Shown one piece after another: positions 29,713-39,117 of a stretch of 64,000 nt of DNA. Position 1 is the stretch's first letter; the number at the start of each line of letters is the position of its first letter. Under the pieces are notes generated by a model, which saw only the letters and a program-made list of their open reading frames with translations, had not been told where the DNA came from and did not search any database. The translations under genes and the position numbers were made by a program. This stretch comes from Candidatus Thermosaccharophagus tengchongensis (GTDB taxonomy: Bacteria > Armatimonadota > Fervidibacteria > Fervidibacterales > Thermosaccharophagaceae), in NCBI GenBank assembly GCA_032161105.1, contig JAVHTD010000009.1; one strand, 5' to 3'.

Positions 29713-29990
29713 CCGATGTGTTAAATTGTTCACGATGGCTGTCCCGCTTTGAACTGTCATTTGAGATGCTCAAATGTTAGCCGCAAGCAATTCGCAACGA
29801 GTCGGAACACATCAAGATGCGTCAGGAACGAGGGAGCTTCCATTTGCCATTCACTTATATGGTTGGCAACGGCTGAAGAGCGAGCAAGCGAGGGTGTATG
29901 TTCAATTGCAAGTCCTCACTCCTCATGAGCAGATGCGCTTACATGCCGTTACCTACGAGGCAGCGATGAAATTCGGGAGGGTGAGCATCG

Positions 29991-31940
29991 GTGCCGCTCA
30001 GGAGGATACGGTTTCTTCCAGAGGGCGTCTCAATCTTCGTTGAAGAGAGCACACCGGTCCTTCTGGCTGCGAGGGATGCCGGCATTGAAATAGCGAGCGT
30101 TTGCGGCGGTCAGGGCACCTGTGGGAAATGCCTTGTGAGGTTGCTCTCGGGCAAGGCGCGCATGACGGAAAGGGTGTCAATGATTAGTGAAGAGTTGCGT
30201 TCAGAGGGATACACGCTCGCATGCCAAACATTCCCAGTTGAGGACTTGGTTGTTGAAGTCCCAGTTGAATCGCGCTTGGCGTTTTCCGAGGAGGCGATCA
30301 AGCACATTGAGCTTGAAGTTCCAGAACACGAAGCCGGGTTAAATGTTTACCCACCGAGCCCGATGGCGATCAAAGTGCATATCAAAATGCACCCGCCATC
30401 GCTCACCGACAACATCAGCGATTTGACAAGGTTGCTTAATGCCGTGAAGCGAACGCTAAGCGAGAAGCAAGGGCTCACGGGGGCGCAATTTGACATTGGG
30501 CGTCCAATGAGGGCGAGCATCAATGCCCTCCGACAACTGCCATTTGCTGCAAGGGCTGGTGGCTGGGAAGTGACGGTCACTTTGGTGAACTGCCTTGACT
30601 ATTGGGAGGTTGTAAGGATAACCCCCGGCGTTGACGAGAGGCATGTTTATGGCGCCGCAATTGATGTGGGAACAACGACAGTCACAGTTCACATCGTTGA
30701 CTTGAAAACCTTTGAGACAGTTCAGCGGCTGGCAAAGTATAACGAACAGTTTGTCTTTGGTGAGGATGTGATAAGCCGAATAGCGTATGCCTCTCGCAAC
30801 GCGAATGGCTTGAATGAGCTGCGTGAGGCTGCCTTGAAGACCATCAATTCGCTTCTGAAGCACGCTGTAAGTTCACTTGGCATATCGCACGATGACATAG
30901 CATGTGCAACTGTTGCGGGCAATACCATCATGACGCATCTTTTGCTCGGCATTGACCCAGCGAACATACGCATAGAACCATACATCCCAGCCGCCACTGT
31001 ATTCCCACCGCTGAAGGCAAGCGATGCCGGGATCGCCATCCATCAGGATGGATGTGTCCTCATATTTCCATGTGTTGCCAGCTATGTTGGCGGCGATATT
31101 GTGGCTGGCACTCTCATCTCCGGGATGTCACTGCGAGATGAAATCTGCCTTCTGATTGACATGGGGACGAATGGTGAGATGGTTCTCGGGAACAGGGACT
31201 TCATGGTGGCGTGCGCATGCTCCATAGGTCCGGCATTTGAGGGCAGCGGAATAACTTGCGGTATGCGCTCCGTTAGGGGCGCAATATCCAGTGTCAGGAT
31301 TGATCCAAAAAACCTTGATGTGAGCGTTAAAACCATAGGAGATGCAAAGCCGATTGGGATATGCGGCTCTGGGCTTGTTGACCTGCTCGCCGAAATGAGG
31401 CATGCCAACATCATTGACATGGCTGGCAACTTCGCTGAGCGTAATGGCAGCGGGAGGCTGAGGCAGACTGCCGACGGCGATTTGGAGTTTGTGCTTATGC
31501 GCTCAAAAGATGCCGGCATAGCCCGTGACATCACGATAACACAATCGGACATAAAGAACTTGATTCGCTCAAAGGCAGCCGTGTATGCCGCGCTCAGGTC
31601 CATGCTGAATTCAATCGGGATGGAAGTTAACCAGATAAAGCGCATCTTCGTTGCGGGTGCATTCGGAAGCCATTTGAATGTTCGTGGGGCGATTGAAATA
31701 GGCTTGCTTCCGGACATCGCTGAGGATAGGTTCATCGTGCTCGGCAACAGCTCGGTCAAAGGTGCACGGCTGGCTCTGCTGTCACGGGCAGCATTTGACG
31801 AGGCGCATAGGATCGCATCAAAAATGACATACATTGAGCTAAGCGTTGACCCGGGTTATATGAGCGAGTTCATTTCGGCAAACTTCATACCGCACACGGA
31901 CTTGCGCCAATTCCCATCGGTCAAATTGGATGCGAGGTGA
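29991..31940 (+). CDS. acsV: Corrinoid reductive activator (AcsV/RACo; 2Fe-2S plus ASKHA ATPase)
   Basis: CGGQGTCGKC...LACQ ferredoxin, DVGTTT, GEDVISRI, DMGTNGE, GPAFEG, GICGSG. Confidence 0.9.
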   Translation: MPLRRIRFLPEGVSIFVEESTPVLLAARDAGIEIASVCGGQGTCGKCLVRLLSGKARMTERVSMISEELRSEGYTLACQTFPVEDLVVEVPVESRLAFSEEAIKHIELEVPEHEAGLNVYPPSPMAIKVHIKMHPPSLTDNISDLTRLLNAVKRTLSEKQGLTGAQFDIGRPMRASINALRQLPFAARAGGWEVTVTLVNCLDYWEVVRITPGVDERHVYGAAIDVGTTTVTVHIVDLKTFETVQRLAKYNEQFVFGEDVISRIAYASRNANGLNELREAALKTINSLLKHAVSSLGISHDDIACATVAGNTIMTHLLLGIDPANIRIEPYIPAATVFPPLKASDAGIAIHQDGCVLIFPCVASYVGGDIVAGTLISGMSLRDEICLLIDMGTNGEMVLGNRDFMVACACSIGPAFEGSGITCGMRSVRGAISSVRIDPKNLDVSVKTIGDAKPIGICGSGLVDLLAEMRHANIIDMAGNFAERNGSGRLRQTADGDLEFVLMRSKDAGIARDITITQSDIKNLIRSKAAVYAALRSMLNSIGMEVNQIKRIFVAGAFGSHLNVRGAIEIGLLPDIAEDRFIVLGNSSVKGARLALLSRAAFDEAHRIASKMTYIELSVDPGYMSEFISANFIPHTDLRQFPSVKLDAR

Positions 31941-32743
31941 CCGAGTTGAAGTTTGCAATATCAGGGAAGGGCGGCGTTGGCAAAACGACGATAGCAGCAG
32001 CGCTGTCGCGGATGCTCGTCCTTAACGGCTATACAGTGTATGCGGTTGATGCTGACCCGGATGCTAACCTTGGTATCGCGCTTGGCTTCCCTCCGGACGA
32101 AGTTGATGCGCTTACACCGATAACCGAGCTGAAGGAATTGATCGCGGAGCGGACTGGCGGTGCGGGTCCTTATTTTGTGCTCAATCCGAGGGTGGACGAT
32201 GTCATTGAGAAGTTCGTTGTGGCTCGTGAGGGCATCAAGCTGATGCGGATGGGCATGGTTAAGAAGGCGGCTTCAGAATGCTACTGCCGTGAGAATGCGT
32301 TCCTGAGGGCAGTCATTCAAGGGTTGTTAATTGAGAGGGATGAAGTCGTGATCATGGACATGACTGCTGGGATTGAGCATCTGACGAGGGGCACAGCGAT
32401 GTATGTTGATGGGATGCTCGTGATAACAGAGCCGACGATTGCGAGCATGCGCACAGCACTAACCGTGTGCACGCTCGCACAGGATTTGGGCATCAAAGAG
32501 GTGGCAATCGTCGGGAACAAGGTGCGCAACAGTGAGGAGGCGAATTCCATTGCATCGTTTATTGAGGGTGAACAAGCGAAGTTGAGAAAGCCCATTCAGC
32601 TGCTGTGCTGCATACCGTTTGATGAGGGCATTTGGGGGAGGGCAGTTGCAAGCGTCCCGAGGGAGAGCGAAATTGATGCCTCGCCATTTTGGGGCGCTAT
32701 AAGGCGCATATGCGATTGGCTCATCGGGTCCGTGATGGGATGA
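31937..32743 (+). CDS. cooC: Second CooC/AcsF ATPase
   Basis: GKGGVGKT, DADPD, ECYC, DMTAGIEHL.RG. Confidence 0.88.
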   Translation: MTELKFAISGKGGVGKTTIAAALSRMLVLNGYTVYAVDADPDANLGIALGFPPDEVDALTPITELKELIAERTGGAGPYFVLNPRVDDVIEKFVVAREGIKLMRMGMVKKAASECYCRENAFLRAVIQGLLIERDEVVIMDMTAGIEHLTRGTAMYVDGMLVITEPTIASMRTALTVCTLAQDLGIKEVAIVGNKVRNSEEANSIASFIEGEQAKLRKPIQLLCCIPFDEGIWGRAVASVPRESEIDASPFWGAIRRICDWLIGSVMG

Positions 32744-32875
32744 TGATAAGACCTCGCACATAGGACGGCTGTCGCGTTTAATTCCGCGCTGACCGAACCT
32801 GTGAACCAATGCCTTATCGCAGGTTGAATTGCTCACCCTTTTGAGGATGGCTTGCAAGTAAGATGGTCGCCTTTG

Positions 32876-33523
32876 ATGGGGTGGTGCAATTTGCTTCGGA
32901 GGGGTTTAGCATCTGCTGCTGCGTTTGTCATTATCGTCGGCATAATGCATTTGCTCCCAAGATGCGCAAAGCGCATTGGCGAGTATTACATCGTCACATC
33001 GGTCATTGACGGTGACACCGTGCAACTTTCAAGGGGGCAGATTGTGCGCTACATAGGCATTGATGCGCCAGAGCGTGATCAGCCGTTCTACTTGGAGGCG
33101 AAGCGAGCCAATGAAAAGCTGGTGCTTAAAAAGAGGGTGCGCCTTGAGTTTGATGTGCAGAGGCAAGACCGCTACGGTAGATGGCTCGCCTATGTGTTCG
33201 TCAGAAGGGGTGGTAGGGAAATATTCGTCAACGCTGAGTTAATCAAAGACGGCTATGCTACTGCGTATACAGTGCCGCCGAATGTGAAATACGCCGACCT
33301 GTTTGTGAGGCTTCAGCGTGCGGCAATTGAAGGTGAAAAGGGGCTGTGGAAGGGGCAAAGCGAGAAGGTGGCGAGATACATCGGCAACAGGAGGACATTC
33401 ACATTTCACCGTCCGACATGCGTGTATGGCAAATCCATCTCGCCATCAAACCGCGTCATCTTCCGAAGTCGCAAAGCAGCGCTGAAAGCTGGATATAGAC
33501 CCTGCAAGGTGTGCCGACCGTGA
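32876..33523 (+). CDS. Thermonuclease (SNase) with C-terminal Ada-like metal-binding domain
   Basis: IDGDT, RYIGIDAPE, DRYGR.LAY; FHRPTC...GYRPCKVCRP; N-terminal anchor. Confidence 0.88.
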   Translation: MGWCNLLRRGLASAAAFVIIVGIMHLLPRCAKRIGEYYIVTSVIDGDTVQLSRGQIVRYIGIDAPERDQPFYLEAKRANEKLVLKKRVRLEFDVQRQDRYGRWLAYVFVRRGGREIFVNAELIKDGYATAYTVPPNVKYADLFVRLQRAAIEGEKGLWKGQSEKVARYIGNRRTFTFHRPTCVYGKSISPSNRVIFRSRKAALKAGYRPCKVCRP

Positions 33524-33663
33524 AGAGTGAGAGTTGACTCACGATGCTCAGTTTATTGTGATGCCAACCCTTTGTGGCAAACACTTAGTGGGAGTGTTTG
33601 ATGAGCGGTGCGCGAACCAAACAGCGCCAAGCATGTTAGCGCTCAAATTGATGGGGAGATGAG

Positions 33664-34638
33664 GTGGTGACATGCAGCATGGCAGCCGTGAGAAGGTCTA
33701 TTAATGTGACGGTGCGCTGCGCCGCGAAGGTGAATCTTTTCCTTGACATACGCGGCAAGCGTCCCGATGGATACCATGACATTGTCAACGTGATGTGTCC
33801 GATTGATTTGCGTGACACACTTATCGCAACTCCGCTGCCGCCAGAGGAAGGATTCAAGATCATCATCAACAATGCCAACATCCCAAGCGGTGAGGAGAAC
33901 ACGGTTTGGAAGGCTTCCGAGGCGCTCGCAAGAGCTGCGAATGTCCCGATGTGCGCACTGATCAGGCTATACAAGCAAATACCGGTAGCAGCTGGGCTTG
34001 GTGGCGGGAGCTCTGATGCAGCTGGTGCACTTATAGCTTTGAACAAGCTTTGGAACTTGGGTTACAAGCAATCCGAGCTCGTAGAGATTGCGAAGTCAAT
34101 TGGCGCTGATGTCCCATTCTTCCTTCACGGCGGTTGGGCGCTCGTGGAGGGCTACGGGGATGTGATTGTCCCTTTGAACATCAAGGTGCAGCTTTGGATG
34201 CTCCTCGTGAAGCCGCCAATTGAGGTCCCAACTTCGTGGGCGTATAAAGTTTGGGACTCAAAAGGTAAACCAGAGAACCGTGATCCGACGCCGTTGATTG
34301 AGGCGTTGCAGCGCGGCGACTTAAGCGCTATTGGGGAGCACATTTACAATGCCTTTGAGAAAGTCGTCTCGGAAACGCACACGGAGATAAGCTATCTCAA
34401 GAAGTTGCTCATGCGCACCGAACCATTGGGGGTTGTCATGAGCGGCAGCGGTCCGACAATAGCTGCACTCTTTGCGAGCAAGAAGGATGTGGAGGACGCA
34501 AAGCAAAAGTTCAGCGAGGAGTTGCGCCGATGTTATGAAGGCAGCAGCTTGCTCCCAAGCGGCGCTGAAGTTAGCGACAGTGTCTGGATGGCTGTCGCAT
34601 CGGTTACACAACGGAGTTTGATAACACGGATAACATAG
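33664..34638 (+). CDS. ispE: 4-diphosphocytidyl-2-C-methyl-D-erythritol kinase
   Basis: AKVNLFL, KQIPVAAGLGGGSSDAA, GADVPFF, MSGSGPT. Confidence 0.96.
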   Translation: MVTCSMAAVRRSINVTVRCAAKVNLFLDIRGKRPDGYHDIVNVMCPIDLRDTLIATPLPPEEGFKIIINNANIPSGEENTVWKASEALARAANVPMCALIRLYKQIPVAAGLGGGSSDAAGALIALNKLWNLGYKQSELVEIAKSIGADVPFFLHGGWALVEGYGDVIVPLNIKVQLWMLLVKPPIEVPTSWAYKVWDSKGKPENRDPTPLIEALQRGDLSAIGEHIYNAFEKVVSETHTEISYLKKLLMRTEPLGVVMSGSGPTIAALFASKKDVEDAKQKFSEELRRCYEGSSLLPSGAEVSDSVWMAVASVTQRSLITRIT

Positions 34639-34643
34639 GGGCG

Positions 34644-35642
34644 TTGAAGATGAGCGTGGGCAACAAGAGCGCATACGAGAATCTCGCTGAAGCAGTTGAC
34701 TCACTTGAAGTTGGCGGTGAAGGGCATAGCAAGGCGGTAGCTCGTTGGGCGACATTGATTGCAGTTGAGCAACAGCTGCCAAGCCAACTTGTAAGCATCG
34801 TTGAGCGCGCCGGTCTGTTGCACGACATTGGGAAAGTGGAGCTCCCAAAGGAGTTGCTCAACAAGCCTGACAGGTTAACGCGGGGGGAGTTTGAGCTTGT
34901 CAAACAGCACACTACCATAGGCGCGCGCATAGCAAAGGCGCTCCCGTCAGCAAGCGATGCTGCGGATGCCATTGAGCATCACCACGAACGGTGGGACGGA
35001 AAAGGCTATCCGCACGGTAAGCACGGCGTTGGGATCCCAATTGAGGGGCGCATAATTGCCGCTGCAGAGGCATTCGCATCAATGACACGACCTGTGCCAT
35101 ACCGCCAACCGCTCACCCTCTCACAAGCGCTTGATAGGCTTAAATGGGCTGCGCATGCGCAGCTTGACCCGCAGGTGGTCAGGGCGCTGATCAAAGCTGT
35201 AGAGCGCTCAATACCGGCGCATATGATGGGGGATTACTTATCAACGCCGCTTGAAGTGGTTATCTCATCCGAGACAGCGAGGTTGAAAAGCGCCTTCACC
35301 GGGTTAGGGCAGCAGCTATTGTGGACTGCAAAAAGGCTGCTCGGGGAGGCGTTAATGCAGCACCTCGCTCAAAAGTTGAATGAGGCATTGGTGAGGGATG
35401 GAATACCGGTCAGCATTAGCGGCGCTCAAATCGTTGACGAAATACCGTGGGTGATCGCTTTAGAGGAGAGAGCCAAGGTTTACCGAAACGCCTTGTGGCA
35501 TATAGCGTCAACGCTGTCAAAGATCTTCGGTGATGCTTTTGTCGCTCAATTGCTCAAAAGGTTTGCGGAGGCTCTCCCGGAGGAGCTTCGTGAGATATGC
35601 TCTCAGTATGAGTTACATCCGGTGTTGGCTCACGCCGCTTGA
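34644..35642 (+). CDS. HD-GYP domain protein with C-terminal extension
   Basis: GHS, LHDIGK, HHHERWDGKGYP. Confidence 0.85.
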   Translation: MKMSVGNKSAYENLAEAVDSLEVGGEGHSKAVARWATLIAVEQQLPSQLVSIVERAGLLHDIGKVELPKELLNKPDRLTRGEFELVKQHTTIGARIAKALPSASDAADAIEHHHERWDGKGYPHGKHGVGIPIEGRIIAAAEAFASMTRPVPYRQPLTLSQALDRLKWAAHAQLDPQVVRALIKAVERSIPAHMMGDYLSTPLEVVISSETARLKSAFTGLGQQLLWTAKRLLGEALMQHLAQKLNEALVRDGIPVSISGAQIVDEIPWVIALEERAKVYRNALWHIASTLSKIFGDAFVAQLLKRFAEALPEELREICSQYELHPVLAHAA

Positions 35643-35652
35643 GGTGATCCAT

Positions 35653-36096
35653 GTGACACCTTGGAGTATCACAATTGGATTGCTCACCATCGCCACCTTC
35701 TTTCTCTCCATCTTTGCAGCCATACTTTGTGCCGAACTCTATTTGCTGCTGAGCACCGGCATGCTCGGTAAAATGTGGCGCATGTTCACACTCTCCGTGA
35801 TGATATTTGCCATAGCCGAGATAGTTTCCTTCAGTGAGGCAGTGGGGCTCATAAGGATTTATGGATTGTCTCAGTTTTTGAGGGTCACCTTCTTGGCGCT
35901 CTTTTGCATTGGCTTCTGGCAGCAGCGTCAGGCATTCGTGAAGGCGCTCGGAATAAAGCATAGCAGCATGGTGCTGCACATCCTCTCAGCCAAGCTCTTT
36001 GCGCATCGGCGCCGAATTAATGTTGCCGAGTTAAATGGAGTGGATAAACCGCAGGGGAAGCAAGTTCAGAGGGCGTCGGGCAACGGCAGCAAGTAA
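35653..36096 (+). CDS. Hypothetical membrane protein (about 3 TM)
   Basis: GAGGTG RBS then GTG 35653; hydrophobic helices. Confidence 0.6.
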   Translation: MTPWSITIGLLTIATFFLSIFAAILCAELYLLLSTGMLGKMWRMFTLSVMIFAIAEIVSFSEAVGLIRIYGLSQFLRVTFLALFCIGFWQQRQAFVKALGIKHSSMVLHILSAKLFAHRRRINVAELNGVDKPQGKQVQRASGNGSK

Positions 36097-36125
36097 GCAT
36101 TTGCGCTCAAAATCAAAGCGCCCAA

Positions 36126-36593
36126 TTATGCCGTTCGGCAGGCAGTGACTTTCGGCAAGTGAACGAATAGCATGCGGCGCCTCTCATCCATGGTTGCGTA
36201 TCCATGCGAAGCGTCAACTTCAATTGGCAATCTCCTCGTATGGCGCACCGTCACGCTTATCATCAATGCTGTGCTGTGCTGGCGACGGGCAAACTGATGT
36301 AAGAGGATGACGCTTCCGCTCGCCTCCACGACAACCGATGTTGATGATGCCCTGATGCGAGCGAAGTTAAAAACACCGCGTGGCATCGGGAAAGCTATGA
36401 CGATATGATCATCGCTCTCAAGCACCGTTGCAAGCGACCTTTTAATGATGCGTCGCGTGATCGTCCTTTGGCGATTTAACTTGCCGCAGCACAATGCGCT
36501 GCGAAGCCTCTCCATAAGGCAAATCACCGATGAGAGGGAAAAAGCTGCCGCCCGCATAAGTGATGTAATAACGCTCATTGCCACCGCTCTCAC
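36126..36593 (-). CDS. Hypothetical protein with a divergent Hsp20/alpha-crystallin-like C-terminus
   Basis: 'RRLPIEVD...YAT....MLFVHLPK' resembles the Hsp20 C-terminal motif. Confidence 0.4.
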   Translation of the reverse strand: MRAVAMSVITSLMRAAAFSLSSVICLMERLRSALCCGKLNRQRTITRRIIKRSLATVLESDDHIVIAFPMPRGVFNFARIRASSTSVVVEASGSVILLHQFARRQHSTALMISVTVRHTRRLPIEVDASHGYATMDERRRMLFVHLPKVTACRTA

Positions 36594-36631
36594 CGCAAGC
36601 CCCCACCTTGGGCAGTTATTCCAACAGGATG

Positions 36632-37726
36632 TCAGACACGCTCACTTTGTGCGGAACTCATCATTGCAAGCTGCTGGTTCATCTCGTGCCTGCGCAGGGC
36701 ATTGATTATCTCATCAAGTTCCCCATCAAGCACCTCTTGCAAGTTGTATACCGTCAATCCTATCCTGTGGTCGGTCACTCTATTCTGAGGGAAATTATAT
36801 GTGCGCGTCTTTTCGCTCCTGTCGCCAGTCCCTATCTGCGCCTTGCGAACTTGCGTCATCTTTTGCTCCTGCTCTCGGCGCATCATCTCAATCAGCTTCG
36901 CTCTGAGTATCCTCAAGGCGCGCATCTTATTCTGATACTGCGAGCGTTGGTCTTGGCAGACGACAACTATGCCTGTAGGCTTATGCCTTATTCGCACAGC
37001 TGTTTCGTTCTTCTGCATATGTTGTCCACCCGGCCCGGAGGAGAGCATCGTTTCAATCTCCAAATCGTCCTCATCAATCTGGACATCAACTTCATCGGGC
37101 TCTGGCAATATGGCGACTGTGGCGGTTGATGTGTGAATTCTTCCGCTTGATTCCGTAATGGGTATGCGCTGAACCCTGTGCACACCGCTCTCATACTTCA
37201 AGTTGCGCCAGACATCTTTGCCGCTGATGGCTAAGATGACTTCCTTGAACCCGCCGAGCTCCGTCGGGTGGGAATGGAACACTTCAACCTTCCAGCCCTT
37301 TCGCTCAGCATACTTGGTATACATGCGAAAGAGATCGGCAGCGAATAATGCAGCTTCTTCACCGCCGGCGCCAGCCCGTATTTCCATAATGACCGTCTTG
37401 CCCTCGTTTGGGTCCTTTGGGAGCAGCTCCTCAATCAGCTCCATCTCAAGCTGCTCAACCTGAGGGCTTATCCGCTCCACCTCCTCTTGGGCGAGCTGGC
37501 GCAACTCCTCATCCTCTTCAACTTCAAGTAGCCCCTTTGCCTCCTCCAAGCGGCGCTTGAGCTCACTGTAGCGCCTATACTTTTCAACGAGCGGATAAAT
37601 TTCGCTGTAGCGTTTTAGGAGCGATTGAAGCCGCTCTTTATCGGAAGCAGTTTGTGAGTCCGATAGCTCCCTCTCTATCTGTATTAGCTCAGCCTCAAGC
37701 TGCTCCAACTTCTCAAACATACTCAT
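36632..37726 (-). CDS. prfA: Peptide chain release factor 1
   Basis: EIRAGAGGEEAALF, ESGVHRVQRIPITE (PxT), GGQ, RTYNFPQNR. Confidence 0.96.
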   Translation of the reverse strand: MSMFEKLEQLEAELIQIERELSDSQTASDKERLQSLLKRYSEIYPLVEKYRRYSELKRRLEEAKGLLEVEEDEELRQLAQEEVERISPQVEQLEMELIEELLPKDPNEGKTVIMEIRAGAGGEEAALFAADLFRMYTKYAERKGWKVEVFHSHPTELGGFKEVILAISGKDVWRNLKYESGVHRVQRIPITESSGRIHTSTATVAILPEPDEVDVQIDEDDLEIETMLSSGPGGQHMQKNETAVRIRHKPTGIVVVCQDQRSQYQNKMRALRILRAKLIEMMRREQEQKMTQVRKAQIGTGDRSEKTRTYNFPQNRVTDHRIGLTVYNLQEVLDGELDEIINALRRHEMNQQLAMMSSAQSERV

Positions 37727-38709
37727 CGCTCCTCCGAATGCTGATTGTGACCTTTACAACGATTGTCCGTCACCTCGTCATCCATGTTCCCCTGCGAAGT
37801 TGCTGCTTCGCTTTGCAACAGTGAACTCAGCGCAGCCAATGCCACTTCCAATTGTTGCACTGATGGCTCTGCCGTTGTCAGCCGTTGGACTTGCATTCCA
37901 AGGGCGTTTATCACCTTTGCCCATGTTGCCCCCTTTAGCGTCCCAGCGATGATAGCTTCGTAAGATAAACTCGCAACGGCGGGCAAAAGCAGGAGGCGCC
38001 CAATCAACCTAATCGGTATGCTCGTCCAAGGAACGAACGAAAAGAGCACCATAGCGACTATGAACACGGTGAGCATAAATGTCGTCCCACATCGCCCATG
38101 CAATCTCGGTTGGCGAATCAATTCATCAACAGTTAGCTCACTACCGCTCTCGTAGGCGTTTATTGCCTTGTGCTCAGCACCATGATATGCGAAATAGCGG
38201 CGCATCGCTGGGAGCAGACGAACCATAAGGACAAAAGCGATGAACACAAGCAGGCGCATTATGCCCTCAACCAAATTCAACGCAAAGTGAGCTGCGCTAT
38301 ACAAGCGCACCGGAGCACTGCCGTATAACGAAGCACAGCGCAGGGCATCGGCAAGCATGTGCGGTATAACCACGAACATGGAAAAGCTGACCGCCAACCC
38401 TATGGGGAGTTCTATGGCAAAGATTGTGCGATGGGATAACCGCTGCCTTTTCCCAGCTAACTCAAGTGACTCACGCAAGCCATAAAAGCCGCAAGACACC
38501 GCCTCATAGAGCGCAACGATGCCGCGCGCAAATGGAACTCGCATCCACCTCCATAATAGCTGTCCACATTTTGCTCCCCTAACCGAAGTGATGATTGAGC
38601 CGTTGGCAGCGCGCACGGCAATGGCAACAAAGCTTTGACTGTGCATCATCACGCCCTCGTAGACAGCTTGTCCGGCAATGATGACCCTCACACTGTCACC
38701 GCCCCCCAA
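37723..38709 (-). CDS. DUF1385 family membrane protein
   Basis: GQAVYEGVMM, YHGAEHK, RCGT, LTTAEP; between rpmE and prfA. Confidence 0.9.
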   Translation of the reverse strand: MGGGDSVRVIIAGQAVYEGVMMHSQSFVAIAVRAANGSIITSVRGAKCGQLLWRWMRVPFARGIVALYEAVSCGFYGLRESLELAGKRQRLSHRTIFAIELPIGLAVSFSMFVVIPHMLADALRCASLYGSAPVRLYSAAHFALNLVEGIMRLLVFIAFVLMVRLLPAMRRYFAYHGAEHKAINAYESGSELTVDELIRQPRLHGRCGTTFMLTVFIVAMVLFSFVPWTSIPIRLIGRLLLLPAVASLSYEAIIAGTLKGATWAKVINALGMQVQRLTTAEPSVQQLEVALAALSSLLQSEAATSQGNMDDEVTDNRCKGHNQHSEER

Positions 38710-38725
38710 GAGCCCGCATCTTAAG

Positions 38726-38977
38726 CTATGCTTTCTCCTGCTGCTTGGTTGAGCGCTGCGCTTTCCTCTGAGCAGCTCTCAACCTTTGCTGGAAGCGCTC
38801 AACACGCCCAAGCGTATCAACCAACCTTTGACCACTTAACTGCCCAGTGTATATCGGGTGGCACTGTGAGCAGACCTCAATGTGCAATACTGGTTTTGTT
38901 GAGCGCGTCTTGAACGAATGCCCGCAGGCGCATATCACGGTGCATTCAACATACTCCGGATGGATGCCCTTCTTCAT
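38726..38977 (-). CDS. rpmE: 50S ribosomal protein L31 (Zn-binding type)
   Basis: [25 protein letters not shown]. Confidence 0.97.
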   Translation of the reverse strand: MKKGIHPEYVECTVICACGHSFKTRSTKPVLHIEVCSQCHPIYTGQLSGQRLVDTLGRVERFQQRLRAAQRKAQRSTKQQEKA

Positions 38978-39117
38978 AGCGTGAGAACCCCCTTCAAAGT
39001 GGAAGGATTACCCAAAGGGAGCAGTTGTCCCTAACCGATCTCATCGCACACCTGTAGCAGTGTCAAGTTCATCATTATGCCGAAGCTATTAATCGCATGA
39101 CAATCGCAGGCAGCGGC

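Noticed and set aside
29774..30043. 89-aa ORF between cooC and acsV
   Set aside because: No motifs or clear RBS, and it overlaps the acsV start; probably intergenic.
28969..32743. The two GKGG ATPases as the missing ParA
   Set aside because: Both have the CxC nickel motif and EHLxR of CooC/AcsF.
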